From a virus (Duplodnaviria; Caudoviricetes), in IMG/VR virus record IMGVR_UViG_3300048839_000884, positions 1 through 63,674 of that record: a DNA stretch of 63,674 bases. One strand, written 5' to 3'. Each line of letters opens with the position of its first letter. Positions within the stretch are counted from its first letter, which is position 1. Below are positions 51,005 to 60,409 of this stretch, piece by piece. A program made the translations under genes and the position numbers. The notes beneath the pieces were generated by a model. The model searched no databases. It was given only the letters and a program-made list of their open reading frames with translations, and was not told the origin of the DNA.

Positions 51005-51436
51005 ATGGGCAAGAGCAAGGGCAAGCGCAGGACCGCGCGCATCCCGGAAGTCGACGCCGCACTGGCCGCAGCACCGCGCCGCAGGGCGCCCAAGGCTCCA
51101 GCACCCGCACCAGAGGACATGCCGCGCTCGCGCGCAAAGGGCGTGGCCGCCGCGCAGGGCGACGCCGTCCCCGCGCCCGAGCCCGCCGGCCCGTGGACGT
51201 GGATCCACTACGTCATCAGCTTCGGCCAGTACGCACCCGCCCAGCACGCCGGCCGCTTCGCGCAGGGCCGCATCACCACGCCCGCCGACGTCGTCAACGC
51301 GCAGGAGTCGCTCCTCGCGATGGAGCGAGAGCACTTCGTCAAGGCCAACGCGGGCGTAACAGACCAGCAGCAGGTGGCGCAGGTGGCCGAGGCCATGCGG
51401 GTCACCGTGGCATCGTGGCAGGAGGGGGGCAAATGA
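51005..51436 (+). CDS. Hypothetical protein
   Basis: AGGGGGA RBS; basic N-terminus. Confidence 0.65.
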   Translation: MGKSKGKRRTARIPEVDAALAAAPRRRAPKAPAPAPEDMPRSRAKGVAAAQGDAVPAPEPAGPWTWIHYVISFGQYAPAQHAGRFAQGRITTPADVVNAQESLLAMEREHFVKANAGVTDQQQVAQVAEAMRVTVASWQEGGK

Positions 51437-51550
51437 CATATGCACCGCGCACATGGGACAGGCAGGGGGGAGGGAGGGATAGATCAACCCTCCGGGCATA
51501 TGCCCACCGGGCGGGCGTTTGCTCATGGTTAGAAACGGATCAACCCCACC

Positions 51551-52138
51551 ATGGCTGACGACGGGGCGGCTGGCGCCCGTAAAGGCAGCAACCCGACGGG
51601 TGTCCCCAAGTCGAGCGACAAGCGCGCCAAGCAGCGGATAGACGGCATCCGCCGGCGCGGGAGTGTCGAGCACCTGAAGATCGAGACGTACAAGGACCGG
51701 CATTGGGTGCCCGAGCCGGCAACCATGCTGGCGATCAAGGAGTCCTTGCGAATACCTGACGCGATGGAGTTGACCTACGCGGAGGACGCCGAGGCGGTGA
51801 TCGAGAACAACATGCGCTACCACGCGCTCGTGGGTAAGCGGATCCTCGACGCGGCGGCGGCGATGATCGAGGATCGCACGCCGACGAGGGACGCGCTTTT
51901 CCTGATCGACGAGGGACTTCGGCACCGCAAGATCGCGCAGGCGGCGGCGGAAATCCTCCTCCCGTACCGCAAGGCGCGGAAGGCGCCGGAGAAGGCCGTG
52001 CCCGTGGACGAGCCGCAGGCGGCCATGGGGACGGAGATCGAGGCCATCGTTCGGGACCAGATCGCCGTGCAGATCGGCGAGACCTTCCTCAAGGCCAAGC
52101 GCCGGGACCAGACCGACGAAAAGCCCCCGTCGAAGTGA
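51551..52138 (+). CDS. Candidate terminase small subunit
   Basis: Basic G-x-P N-terminus (NPTGVPKSSDKR), helical, AAAEILLPYRKAR resembling the AA..APY.HP.L motif of TerS-like proteins. Confidence 0.4.
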   Translation: MADDGAAGARKGSNPTGVPKSSDKRAKQRIDGIRRRGSVEHLKIETYKDRHWVPEPATMLAIKESLRIPDAMELTYAEDAEAVIENNMRYHALVGKRILDAAAAMIEDRTPTRDALFLIDEGLRHRKIAQAAAEILLPYRKARKAPEKAVPVDEPQAAMGTEIEAIVRDQIAVQIGETFLKAKRRDQTDEKPPSK

Positions 52139-52327
52139 AGGCCCGACACGGGGCGGATACACCGGTTTTCGTCAGAACGGAGGGGATTTGTCGTCGAAGC
52201 GACCAGATCCGGACCGTCCTGTCCGGCTGTCCACCGGGGACAGCGGGGATAACTCCGGCAGCGGTCGACGGGCCGTCATTCGCCGGCCATGGTGAGCCAC
52301 CCGGATCGGCCGGGCGGAGGACAGACC

Positions 52328-52792
52328 ATGGACGACAGGCAGGCGGCGCTCGTCGCCGCATCCACCGACATGCTGCGCTGGATCGAACGCGAGGCGTCGA
52401 TGATCGCCGCGCTCGCCGATGTGGCGACCAAGGAGCACGACGGGCATCGGCATGCCGATCTCCTCGCGGACCCGACCTGCCACGACTTGCTGGAGCGGGC
52501 GACCAAGGCGGCGATGGCGGTCGAGAAGACGCTGCCGGCGCTGCGCGAGGCGCTGGACAAGCTCACAAACCAACAGTCGGCAATCTGCGTGGCCATGACC
52601 GTAGCGGCCAAGGTGGCGCACCAGCAGGGCGCCGAGGCGACGGTGACCATCCGGTCCGAGGGCGTGGACTACACCTGCGTCATGTCGACGGAGCAGGCCA
52701 AGCGGATCAACGAGGCGATGGAGGACCAGCGCAAGGTGCGCGGCGCGACGCGGTCGCTGGCCGACTTCATCCGGGGAGGCGACGATGAGTGA
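52328..52792 (+). CDS. Hypothetical protein
   Basis: GGAGGA RBS. Confidence 0.65.
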   Translation: MDDRQAALVAASTDMLRWIEREASMIAALADVATKEHDGHRHADLLADPTCHDLLERATKAAMAVEKTLPALREALDKLTNQQSAICVAMTVAAKVAHQQGAEATVTIRSEGVDYTCVMSTEQAKRINEAMEDQRKVRGATRSLADFIRGGDDE

Positions 52793-53141
52793 AGGCCGCA
52801 TCATGAGCCCGAAGGAGCAGTTGGACATGCTCTTCGGGCTGGTCGAGTCGATGCACGGCGCGCTGACGATGCTCCACCGGGCGACGTCCGACATCGTCTA
52901 CGGGGACCAGTACACGGAGGCTGAGGCCGCCGAGTTCTGGCGGGACGACGACCGGGTGCGGTCTCTCCTCATGGCGCTGGAGCGGTTCGAGGACGAGATG
53001 CCGAAAGGCTTCGGGGCGACGCTCATCACGCTCTACGCCCGCGTTCGGGCGATGGAGACGGCGCTTCGGTCGGGCATGGCGCTCGCCGGGGCGGAGGCAC
53101 TGGTGCGGAAGACGAAGGAGGACGCGGGCGATGAGCGGTGA
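52785..53141 (+). CDS. Hypothetical protein
   Basis: GGAGG RBS, coupled. Confidence 0.65.
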   Translation: MSEGRIMSPKEQLDMLFGLVESMHGALTMLHRATSDIVYGDQYTEAEAAEFWRDDDRVRSLLMALERFEDEMPKGFGATLITLYARVRAMETALRSGMALAGAEALVRKTKEDAGDER

Positions 53142-53457
53142 TCTCTCGCGCTTGAAGAACCGGGCGGCCGCGGCGCGCCTGAAGATGACGATGCGCCGGG
53201 TGGGCAAGCTCACGGCGGCGATGACGCGCCTTCGCAATGTGCTGGAGCAGTCCTGTGCGTCGACGGGCGGGGTGCTGGACGACGTGTTCGACGGGATCGC
53301 CGGGTGGGATTGGGGCGTCGACGCCCGGATCGACGAGCGGTTGGTCGACGTCGTGGAGCGGACGGCGACGATTCAGTCGGTCATCGACCAGATCGACGGG
53401 GCATATCATGCGGCCAAGGCCAAGGCCGCGCAGGAGGAGGAGCGGGGCGATGCTTGA
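53131..53457 (+). CDS. Hypothetical protein
   Basis: GGAGG RBS, coupled. Confidence 0.65.
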   Translation: MSGDLSRLKNRAAAARLKMTMRRVGKLTAAMTRLRNVLEQSCASTGGVLDDVFDGIAGWDWGVDARIDERLVDVVERTATIQSVIDQIDGAYHAAKAKAAQEEERGDA

Positions 53458-54106
53458 CGCGGCGCAGGCGGGCAAGATGGTGATGCCGTTCACGACGCTG
53501 GTCGATCAGGTCCGGCAGGAGATCCTTGCCATGGGCGATGCAACGGAGGCGTTGCGCGAGATCGAGCGTCGGTTCGCGCGGATGCACAACGAGGCGTGGG
53601 ACCGTGAGCGGCACATCGCCGGGCTACAGGACCGCATCGCTCGGGCGGAGATGGAGCACGCCGAGGAGGTGAAGAAGCTCAAGGCCGAGATCGAGCGGGC
53701 GGAGACACGGGCGAAGGTCGGCGAGGCGTGGAAGACGCGGGCGCAGATAGCCGACCAGCAGATCACGCGGATGGCAGCGGATCACGCGCGGCTGCGGAAG
53801 GAACTGGACGAGGCACGGGCGGCGAGGCCGGTGATCGGGCCGCAAGAGCCGAGCGGGCCGAAGTGGGCGACGTTGCGGGATCCGGGGCTAAAGCCGGACC
53901 CGGACATCGTGGTGCGCGAGCCGGGCGTTGGCGACATCCGGATTGCCCCTCCGGCGCCGGAGGTGGACATACCGGCGCTGCTTCGCCGGCTGGCGGCGCT
54001 TGAGGTGCGGATCGGTGGCGCGGAGGATCGGCTGGGCATCATGGCGGTGCAGGTGCGGCTGATCGACGAGCGGCTGTCGCCGGTGCGGGCCGGGGAGGAG
54101 ACCTGA
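53450..54106 (+). CDS. Coiled-coil hypothetical protein
   Basis: GGAGGAGG RBS; MLDAAQAGKM... Confidence 0.65.
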   Translation: MLDAAQAGKMVMPFTTLVDQVRQEILAMGDATEALREIERRFARMHNEAWDRERHIAGLQDRIARAEMEHAEEVKKLKAEIERAETRAKVGEAWKTRAQIADQQITRMAADHARLRKELDEARAARPVIGPQEPSGPKWATLRDPGLKPDPDIVVREPGVGDIRIAPPAPEVDIPALLRRLAALEVRIGGAEDRLGIMAVQVRLIDERLSPVRAGEET

Positions 54107-54465
54107 TGCGGACGCCGAAGGGGCTGGCGGACCCGGAGGGGACGAACCGGGCGATCATCCAGCACAACGCGAAGCTCAAGCTGGACGAGATCGGGGTGAT
54201 GGTGGACCCCGAGCATCTGGATGAGGCGGTGGGCATCGCCTACGCGATCCGGGCGGCGAGCCTGAAACCGAGCACGCGGACGGTGCCGCCGCATCTGGAC
54301 GCGGTGCTGATCGTGCTGCGGGACAAGGAGTGGCCGCACCGGCTGGCGTGCGAGCGGATCGGCGTAGACCGGCGCCGTGCGATGGACACCTACAACTTCG
54401 CGGTCCGGCGCCGGGAGGTGCGCGCGCTGAGGAGGATGGCCGATGGGCAGCCTGATCGAGGATAG
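54106..54465 (+). CDS. Hypothetical protein, possible C-terminal HTH
   Basis: TGATG coupling. Confidence 0.6.
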   Translation: MRTPKGLADPEGTNRAIIQHNAKLKLDEIGVMVDPEHLDEAVGIAYAIRAASLKPSTRTVPPHLDAVLIVLRDKEWPHRLACERIGVDRRRAMDTYNFAVRRREVRALRRMADGQPDRG

Positions 54466-54781
54466 CGGGGACATGCTGGGCCGGATGCAGCAACTCACGG
54501 CATTCTGGCGCATACCGGAGGCGCATGAGGAGGAGGTGGCTGCGGCGGTCGCGGCGGCGAACGAGTACCGGGCAGCGACGAAGCCCGGCGTCGGGTTCCG
54601 CCTGTCGGCCTACGAGGAGGTGGCGATCTGGTTCCTGCACGGTCGCGGGATGCGCCGGACGGCGATCTCCGAGCGGCTTGGGATCTCGCGGAACACGGTG
54701 TCGCAGCGGCTTCTGCCGGGGCGGCGCGAGGACAACCGGCGGCGGTCGTCGGAGTGGCGCTGGGACAGGAGGGCGAAATGA
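54443..54781 (+). CDS. HTH DNA-binding protein
   Basis: GMRRTAISERLGISRNTVSQRL. Confidence 0.7.
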   Translation: MGSLIEDSGDMLGRMQQLTAFWRIPEAHEEEVAAAVAAANEYRAATKPGVGFRLSAYEEVAIWFLHGRGMRRTAISERLGISRNTVSQRLLPGRREDNRRRSSEWRWDRRAK

Positions 54782-54993
54782 GCGGGATCCGGATGAATGA
54801 GGATCGGGCGCTGGCGGCCATCGAGTCGCTGGAGCGCCGGGTGATGGTCTACGAGCACTCGAACCGGGAACTGGCGCAGCGGCTGCGGGCGGCGAGCGAG
54901 AAGGCGGCGGCGATGACGCAACTCGCCGTGGCGCTCGGCGTCGCGACGGCCGGGCTGACGGTCGTGCTCTACATGAGGGCGTTCGGATGGTGA
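54778..54993 (+). CDS. Small protein with C-terminal TM
   Basis: AGGAGGG RBS, ATGA overlap. Confidence 0.6.
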   Translation: MSGIRMNEDRALAAIESLERRVMVYEHSNRELAQRLRAASEKAAAMTQLAVALGVATAGLTVVLYMRAFGW

Positions 54994-55475
54994 CCCCGAT
55001 CTACGAGACGATCTCGGACCGCCTCATTCAGGAGGCGGCGCTCCGGCGGATGGTCGGCTACATGCCGGGCTGCACGGTGGCGTTCACGCACAAGCTCGCG
55101 GGCGTGGACGGGGTGATCGAGCGCGATGGCCGCGTCTTCGGGGTCGTCGAGTTCAAGGACCGGGACGTCCCGGACGGTGTGAGCACGGTGTTCTTCTCGG
55201 CCGAGAAGGCGGCGCGGCTCTACATGCTGCACGTCACGCTGAAATGCCGGGCGTTCTACTGCGTCCAGCGGCTCGGCGAGCTTGGGGTGTTCGAGGTTCC
55301 GTGGGCCGGGAAGATCGGCGCGGACATCTCGGGGCGGAACGACCGGCTGAATGACCCGAAGCGCAAGGAGGTGATGCTCCATGTGCCGCTCCGGGGGTTC
55401 TGGTGGTCGCCGCAGGAGGGGGACGACGACGGGTTCGTGTTCCCGTTCATGAGCCGAGAGGAGTGGGACGAATGA
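54987..55475 (+). CDS. Putative PD-(D/E)xK nuclease-fold protein
   Basis: VDGVIE..VVEFKDR motif. Confidence 0.5.
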   Translation: MVTPIYETISDRLIQEAALRRMVGYMPGCTVAFTHKLAGVDGVIERDGRVFGVVEFKDRDVPDGVSTVFFSAEKAARLYMLHVTLKCRAFYCVQRLGELGVFEVPWAGKIGADISGRNDRLNDPKRKEVMLHVPLRGFWWSPQEGDDDGFVFPFMSREEWDE

Positions 55476-55648
55476 GCAGCAACACGGGCGAGCCGGCGCA
55501 GGGGTTGACGTCGGTAACCGTGACCTTGGTCGCGAACAATGGCGTCATCATCACGCACGCGCGGTCCGCGAACGTCATCGCCGCGTTCTCGGAACTCGAT
55601 GCCGCGCTGGACTGGTTGAAGACGCAGGTGTGGAGGCCGTCGCCATGA
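55472..55648 (+). CDS. Hypothetical protein
   Basis: GAGGAG RBS, ATGA overlaps. Confidence 0.55.
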   Translation: MSSNTGEPAQGLTSVTVTLVANNGVIITHARSANVIAAFSELDAALDWLKTQVWRPSP

Positions 55649-56109
55649 CCGTCCACGCCGACCTGATTGCCCGGATGGAAGAAATCGCAACCCGACCTGA
55701 CTGCACCTACCCCGGACACATGCTCGACGCCGCCATGATCATCAAGGCGCTGGTGTGCGAGCGGGACGAAGCCCTGCGCCACGTAGAACAGCTACAGGAC
55801 AAGCTCGACCCGGAGCACTCCTGCGCGTGCTGCTACGACCGTCCCGACATCACCTGCGGCCACCACTCGCCGATGCTGGCGAAGGCCGAGGCCGAGCGGG
55901 ACGAAGCCCGTGCGGCGCTGCGTGAGGCTCGGGCGGCCATGCACGCCGTCGTGACGGGCGACTACCCGAATCCTCGCGACCACCGGCCGGGCCAGTGCAA
56001 GCACGGCACGTTCTACTGGGTCGACTGCGGCCAGTGCATCGACGAGTGGCTGGAGGCCGCCGTCGCCCGCATCGACACGCTGCTCGCCAAGACGGAGGGG
56101 ACGACGTGA
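55645..56109 (+). CDS. Cys/His-rich hypothetical protein
   Basis: CACCYD..CGHH and CKHG..CGQC. Confidence 0.6.
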   Translation: MTVHADLIARMEEIATRPDCTYPGHMLDAAMIIKALVCERDEALRHVEQLQDKLDPEHSCACCYDRPDITCGHHSPMLAKAEAERDEARAALREARAAMHAVVTGDYPNPRDHRPGQCKHGTFYWVDCGQCIDEWLEAAVARIDTLLAKTEGTT

Positions 56110-56321
56110 GCGACCGTGACCAGATTGAGCGCGACGTGGATGTGCGCGTGATCGACCAGCGCATCGGCATGGGGATCGGCGGGTGGGATACGGTCATCCG
56201 CGTCTACCACAAGCCGACAGGCATCTTGATCGAGATGCCGAGGCTGTCGCGCAGTCAATACAAGGACCGGAAGCTGGCGCTCGACATGATCGAGTATGCA
56301 CTAGCGGAGATCACCCCATGA
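56106..56321 (+). CDS. Mini peptide-chain-release-factor-domain protein lacking GGQ (71 aa)
   Basis: GGAGGGG RBS, GTGA/ATGA overlaps; VIRVYHKPTGILIE..RSQYKDRKLAL resembles RF1/2 domain 3 (IRITHLPTGIVV..RSQHKNK.KA). Confidence 0.65.
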   Translation: MSDRDQIERDVDVRVIDQRIGMGIGGWDTVIRVYHKPTGILIEMPRLSRSQYKDRKLALDMIEYALAEITP

Positions 56322-56686
56322 CCACCGACCTCGAAACCGCCGCCCGCGCCGCGCTGGAAACCATGAAGGGGATCCGCGACGACGACACGGCCATCGTCGT
56401 CGAGACCGGCCAGCGATATGTCGGCAAGTACGCGCGCGCATTACAGCCGCACATCGCCGCGCTGGAGTCCGCGCTGGCTTCGCCGGGTGTCGACACTAGG
56501 CTCGACACTGGCAAATCTGTCGACCCCGCCGCCATCCGCCGCGCGGCTCTTGAGGAGGCAGTGAGGCTGGCCCGTGCGGTCGCTGACAAGCATTGGGACG
56601 CCGAGGAAGATCTAAGGATGGCGGGCGCTCTTGACGCGGAGAGCGCCATCCGCGCCCTCGCCAAGAAGGAGAAGGGCGATGAATGA
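56318..56686 (+). CDS. Hypothetical protein
   Basis: Coupled; RRAALEEA..AIRAL pattern. Confidence 0.6.
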   Translation: MTTDLETAARAALETMKGIRDDDTAIVVETGQRYVGKYARALQPHIAALESALASPGVDTRLDTGKSVDPAAIRRAALEEAVRLARAVADKHWDAEEDLRMAGALDAESAIRALAKKEKGDE

Positions 56687-56909
56687 CCTACGCGAGCGCG
56701 TGACCGAAGCCATCCGCGCGGCCGAGTACCGCATGACCGGGATGCTGCCGGCCGGCGCGTATCACCGTGTCTTTGCCGCCGCCGCGATTGATGCAATCCG
56801 CGAGCAACTGACCGGCGACGAGGCGGTGGCGCGGGCGATCTACGCCTTCGAGGACAACGATTTCTCGATGCGCGCCGCCATCCTTGCCGCGCTGGGGGAT
56901 GAGATATGA
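56679..56909 (+). CDS. Hypothetical protein
   Basis: AAGGAG RBS, coupled. Confidence 0.6.
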   Translation: MNDLRERVTEAIRAAEYRMTGMLPAGAYHRVFAAAAIDAIREQLTGDEAVARAIYAFEDNDFSMRAAILAALGDEI

Positions 56910-57568
56910 GCACGGGACAGCGGTTCGCCATGGGCGCCTACCGGGCGCCGGCGCAGGACGACGGCCGGGACTTCTTCCCGACGCCGCCATGGGCGACGCG
57001 GGCGATCCTGCGCGAGATGAGCCTCTACGCGCTGATGCACCGGGACATGCGGGTGCTGGACCCGTGCGCCGGGCAGGGGCACATGACGCGGGTGCTCGGC
57101 GAGGTGTTCGGCGAGGTCCATGCGCTCGACATCGAGCGGTATCCGGCGCCGGTCTGGCCGGGGCTGATCCACGAAGCGGACTTCCTGACGATCCCGTTCG
57201 AGGCGGTGGTGCCCGGCGGCCGGGTGGACTGGACGGTGATGAACCCGCCGTTCACCGGGCTGCTGCCGTTCGTGCAGAAGGCCCTGTCGGTGTCGAAGGT
57301 GGGCGTGGCCGCGCTGATGCGGATGCAGGCGCTGGAGGGGCGCAAGCGGTACGAAGACCTGTGGACGAAGCTGATCCCGACCTTCGTCTGCCCGTTCGTC
57401 GAGCGGGTGCCGATGCACAAGGGGCGGCTGGATCCGAAGGGGTCGACGGCGACGGCCTACGTGTGGGTAGTATGGGCTCCGACGCTCGGGTTGAAGGGGA
57501 CGCGCCTGCGGTGGATCCCGCCGTGCCGCGCAGAGCTTGAGAGGCCGGGCGATTACGCGGAGGCGTGA
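56906..57568 (+). CDS. Orphan SAM-dependent DNA amino-methyltransferase
   Basis: DFFPTPPW, VLDPCAGQGH, MNPPF. Confidence 0.85.
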   Translation: MSTGQRFAMGAYRAPAQDDGRDFFPTPPWATRAILREMSLYALMHRDMRVLDPCAGQGHMTRVLGEVFGEVHALDIERYPAPVWPGLIHEADFLTIPFEAVVPGGRVDWTVMNPPFTGLLPFVQKALSVSKVGVAALMRMQALEGRKRYEDLWTKLIPTFVCPFVERVPMHKGRLDPKGSTATAYVWVVWAPTLGLKGTRLRWIPPCRAELERPGDYAEA

Positions 57569-57936
57569 ACATGCTCGTGCGGATCATCATCCTCTACCTG
57601 ATCGTCGTCTTCCTCCTCGTCTTCTTCGTGCCCGGCATGGCCTACGTGTTCGCGCAGGCGAACCCGGCGCATCCGCCGGTCGGCTCGCCGGCGCACCAGT
57701 ACCCGGCCGCCTGCTGCGGCCTGAACGACTGCAACCCGATCCCGGACGACGCGGTGACCGAGACGCACGCCGGAGTGATCATCAACGGCACCGGCGAATT
57801 TCTCGCCTACGACGACCCGCGGATGATGGTGACCCCGCCCGAGTTCCACGAACCGGGCTGGCACTGGTGCCGGCACATCAAGGACGGCGTCGACGGCAAG
57901 ACGATCTGTCTCTACCGGCCGGATCGCGGCGTCTGA
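57565..57936 (+). CDS. Exported Cys-rich protein
   Basis: Signal/TM N-terminus; CCGLNDC..WCR..IC. Confidence 0.65.
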   Translation: MNMLVRIIILYLIVVFLLVFFVPGMAYVFAQANPAHPPVGSPAHQYPAACCGLNDCNPIPDDAVTETHAGVIINGTGEFLAYDDPRMMVTPPEFHEPGWHWCRHIKDGVDGKTICLYRPDRGV

Positions 57937-58031
57937 TTCTGGTGGATACCCCGACGTTTGTGGTCTTGCGGCCGGGCGGCGCGCGAGCGGGCAGGTAATC
58001 CTCCCGGTGACGTGACCGGGAGAACGCCCCC

Positions 58032-58187
58032 GTGACCAAGCAGACCCTTACGACGCTCGACCGCGAAATCCGCAGGGTCGACCCCGACTTCGACAAGGAG
58101 CGGCGCACCGAGCTTGAATACAAGTTCGACCTGCGCGAGTTCACGGCAAACCCGGCGCAGCGCGGCGCCTACGCGCCGGAGTCCTGA
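58032..58187 (+). CDS. Small hypothetical protein (51 aa)
   Basis: GGGGAG RBS + GTG; ends 3 bp before tailspike. Confidence 0.45.
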   Translation: MTKQTLTTLDREIRRVDPDFDKERRTELEYKFDLREFTANPAQRGAYAPES

Positions 58188-58190
58188 GCC

Positions 58191-60020
58191 ATGCCCTACA
58201 TCATGCCCGGCCAGTTCGACATCGACGAGCTTTCGGCGACCGACTTCCTCATGGGCTTCTCCAAGCACGGGCGGATGATCGCCGTCCCGGCCGGCGGGCT
58301 CGCCGGCGGCGTGACGCCGGCGCTGCGCGAGGACAACACGGCGGCGCAGAACGGCACGCTCCTCGCGGCGGCCGTCGCGGAGGCGCAGCGGACCAACGGC
58401 TACGTCAAGCTCCCGGCCGGCCGCTACCCGATGCAGTGCTCCCTGACGAGCGGGTGCGTGATCGAGTTCTCGCCGTCGACGGTGCTGCTCCAGCCCGAGA
58501 ACGCGGCGGTGCTCGACATCGACCTGTCCGGGTCGGCGCTCGGGCCGCACACCATCACGGCGCTCGCCGTGGCGGAGAACGCGGCATCGAGCGGCGCGTC
58601 GACGAACAAGGTGCTCCGGCTGACGATGGCCGAGGCCGACGCGAGCAACTACCGGACCGGCGACGCGATCATGGTCTGCTCGCGGAACGCCCGGTCCTAC
58701 TACACCGGCGACACGAACTACGCCGGCGAGATGTTCCGGGTGCTCTCGGTCGAACTGAACGGGGCGTCCAGCTACGTCTACCTGAACGGGCAGGGCTACC
58801 TGAACGCGGCGTCGCTCTACTCCGACACGCCGGTAGCCTACCGGCTCGCGCGCGGCCAGCCGGTGCGGCTGGTCCGGCCGCAGGTCGAGGCGGACGGCGA
58901 CGTCTACGACCAGTCGCTCACCGGGTCGTGGCCCGGCTCGATCCAGATCAAGGCGGCGGCCGACGTCCAGATCGACGACATCCGGGTCAACTCGGCGTGG
59001 GGCATCGGCCTCTACCTCAAGTCCTGCGCGGACGCGAAGATCCGGGTGGACCGGATTACGGACTGCCCCGGCGATCCGGGCGACAGCCGCTTCGGCTACG
59101 GGATCCTCCTGCGCGGCGCCTGCTCGAACGCGCTGGTCTACGGCGGCTACATCGACCGCTGCCGGCACGCCTTCACCACGGACTGCCGGGAGGCGTCGGC
59201 GTGGTCGGCGGCGAACGTTTGGGACCACGGCGACTGCACGAACTGCACGGTGGTCGGGGTGGTCAGCGTCGCCAACGGCGCGCCGCCCTTCGACACGCAC
59301 GAGAACAGCGTCGGGACGACGTTCCGCAACTGCGTCGCCATCGGCGCCCATTACGCCATGACCGGCGTGACGGCGGCCAACGGCTACGGCTTCAACTTGC
59401 GCGGCCCCTACGACTCGGTGATCGACTGCCGGGCGGTCGACTGCGAGGGCGGCGCGAGCGTGGCGGCCACCGGGCTGATCCACGAGATCGTCGGCGACAA
59501 CGTCATCGACGGGCTGGAGGTGTTGCAGGAGGCGACGAACAACCTCGCCGGCTACGCGATCCAGATCGACGGGAACGCCAGCGAGTCGACGCCGCAGCGG
59601 GTCAGCATCCGCAACCTCAAGCCGGCGCGGGGCTCGCGCGGCGTGATCGTCGGGGCGAACTACGGCGGCCGGGTCAGCATCGAGTATTCGACCTTCCGGG
59701 GGTTCGTCGACACGGCGCTCCGGATTCAGGGCTCCTGCACGGTCGACGTCTTCGCGTCGATGTTCGACATGGCCGAGGGTGGCGCATCCGAGCTTCTGAT
59801 CTCGGTCGACAACTCGAACACGGTGGCGCTGAACCTCATCAACGTCGCGGTCCGGTCGCGGTCGTCCTCGTCGGCGACGGTGCTGGTCACCACGGCGTCG
59901 GGCGCCACCTCGAACATCCGGCACTACGGCTGCGTCGAGGTGAACGGGGCGAACCTGTCGGGCGGCATCTCGGGCGGCACCGGCACCAACAACGAGACCG
60001 CCATCACGGCGCTGGCATGA
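58191..60020 (+). CDS. Tailspike-like right-handed beta-helix protein (putative depolymerase)
   Basis: DNTAA..VKLPAGRY pectate-lyase-like start; GYGI, CRHAF, FDTH repeats. Confidence 0.75.
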   Translation: MPYIMPGQFDIDELSATDFLMGFSKHGRMIAVPAGGLAGGVTPALREDNTAAQNGTLLAAAVAEAQRTNGYVKLPAGRYPMQCSLTSGCVIEFSPSTVLLQPENAAVLDIDLSGSALGPHTITALAVAENAASSGASTNKVLRLTMAEADASNYRTGDAIMVCSRNARSYYTGDTNYAGEMFRVLSVELNGASSYVYLNGQGYLNAASLYSDTPVAYRLARGQPVRLVRPQVEADGDVYDQSLTGSWPGSIQIKAAADVQIDDIRVNSAWGIGLYLKSCADAKIRVDRITDCPGDPGDSRFGYGILLRGACSNALVYGGYIDRCRHAFTTDCREASAWSAANVWDHGDCTNCTVVGVVSVANGAPPFDTHENSVGTTFRNCVAIGAHYAMTGVTAANGYGFNLRGPYDSVIDCRAVDCEGGASVAATGLIHEIVGDNVIDGLEVLQEATNNLAGYAIQIDGNASESTPQRVSIRNLKPARGSRGVIVGANYGGRVSIEYSTFRGFVDTALRIQGSCTVDVFASMFDMAEGGASELLISVDNSNTVALNLINVAVRSRSSSSATVLVTTASGATSNIRHYGCVEVNGANLSGGISGGTGTNNETAITALA

Positions 60021-60027
60021 GGACCGC

Positions 60028-60402
60028 ATGAACCGCTTCGACTTCCTCCCCGGCCGCGGCACGCCGAAGATGAACCTGTCGCCGGCGGCGCTGGAGCACT
60101 ACGAGACGCACGCGGCCGCGCGGATCCACGAGATCATCCAGCGCGCCTACCCCGGCCACCCGTTCGAGGTGACCGTGCGGCTCATGGAGATGCGGACCAT
60201 CGTCAACCACCCGCTCATGCCCGACGGCTATGCCATCACGGTGCGGCTGATGGACGAGGATCCGGACGGGAAGATTTACGTCCGCCTCTGCGGCGAACTT
60301 CTGGAGCGGTTCGGGATCCCGCGCGCGGGCATCGAGGCGAACGGCGGCGACATCTGGATCGACCCGGTGAAGCAGGCCGAAGCCCTGTCCGACATCAAGT
60401 GA
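60028..60402 (+). CDS. Hypothetical protein
   Basis: GAGGA RBS; YPGHPF..GELLERFGIPR. Confidence 0.7.
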   Translation: MNRFDFLPGRGTPKMNLSPAALEHYETHAAARIHEIIQRAYPGHPFEVTVRLMEMRTIVNHPLMPDGYAITVRLMDEDPDGKIYVRLCGELLERFGIPRAGIEANGGDIWIDPVKQAEALSDIK

Positions 60403-60409
60403 GGCCGAC

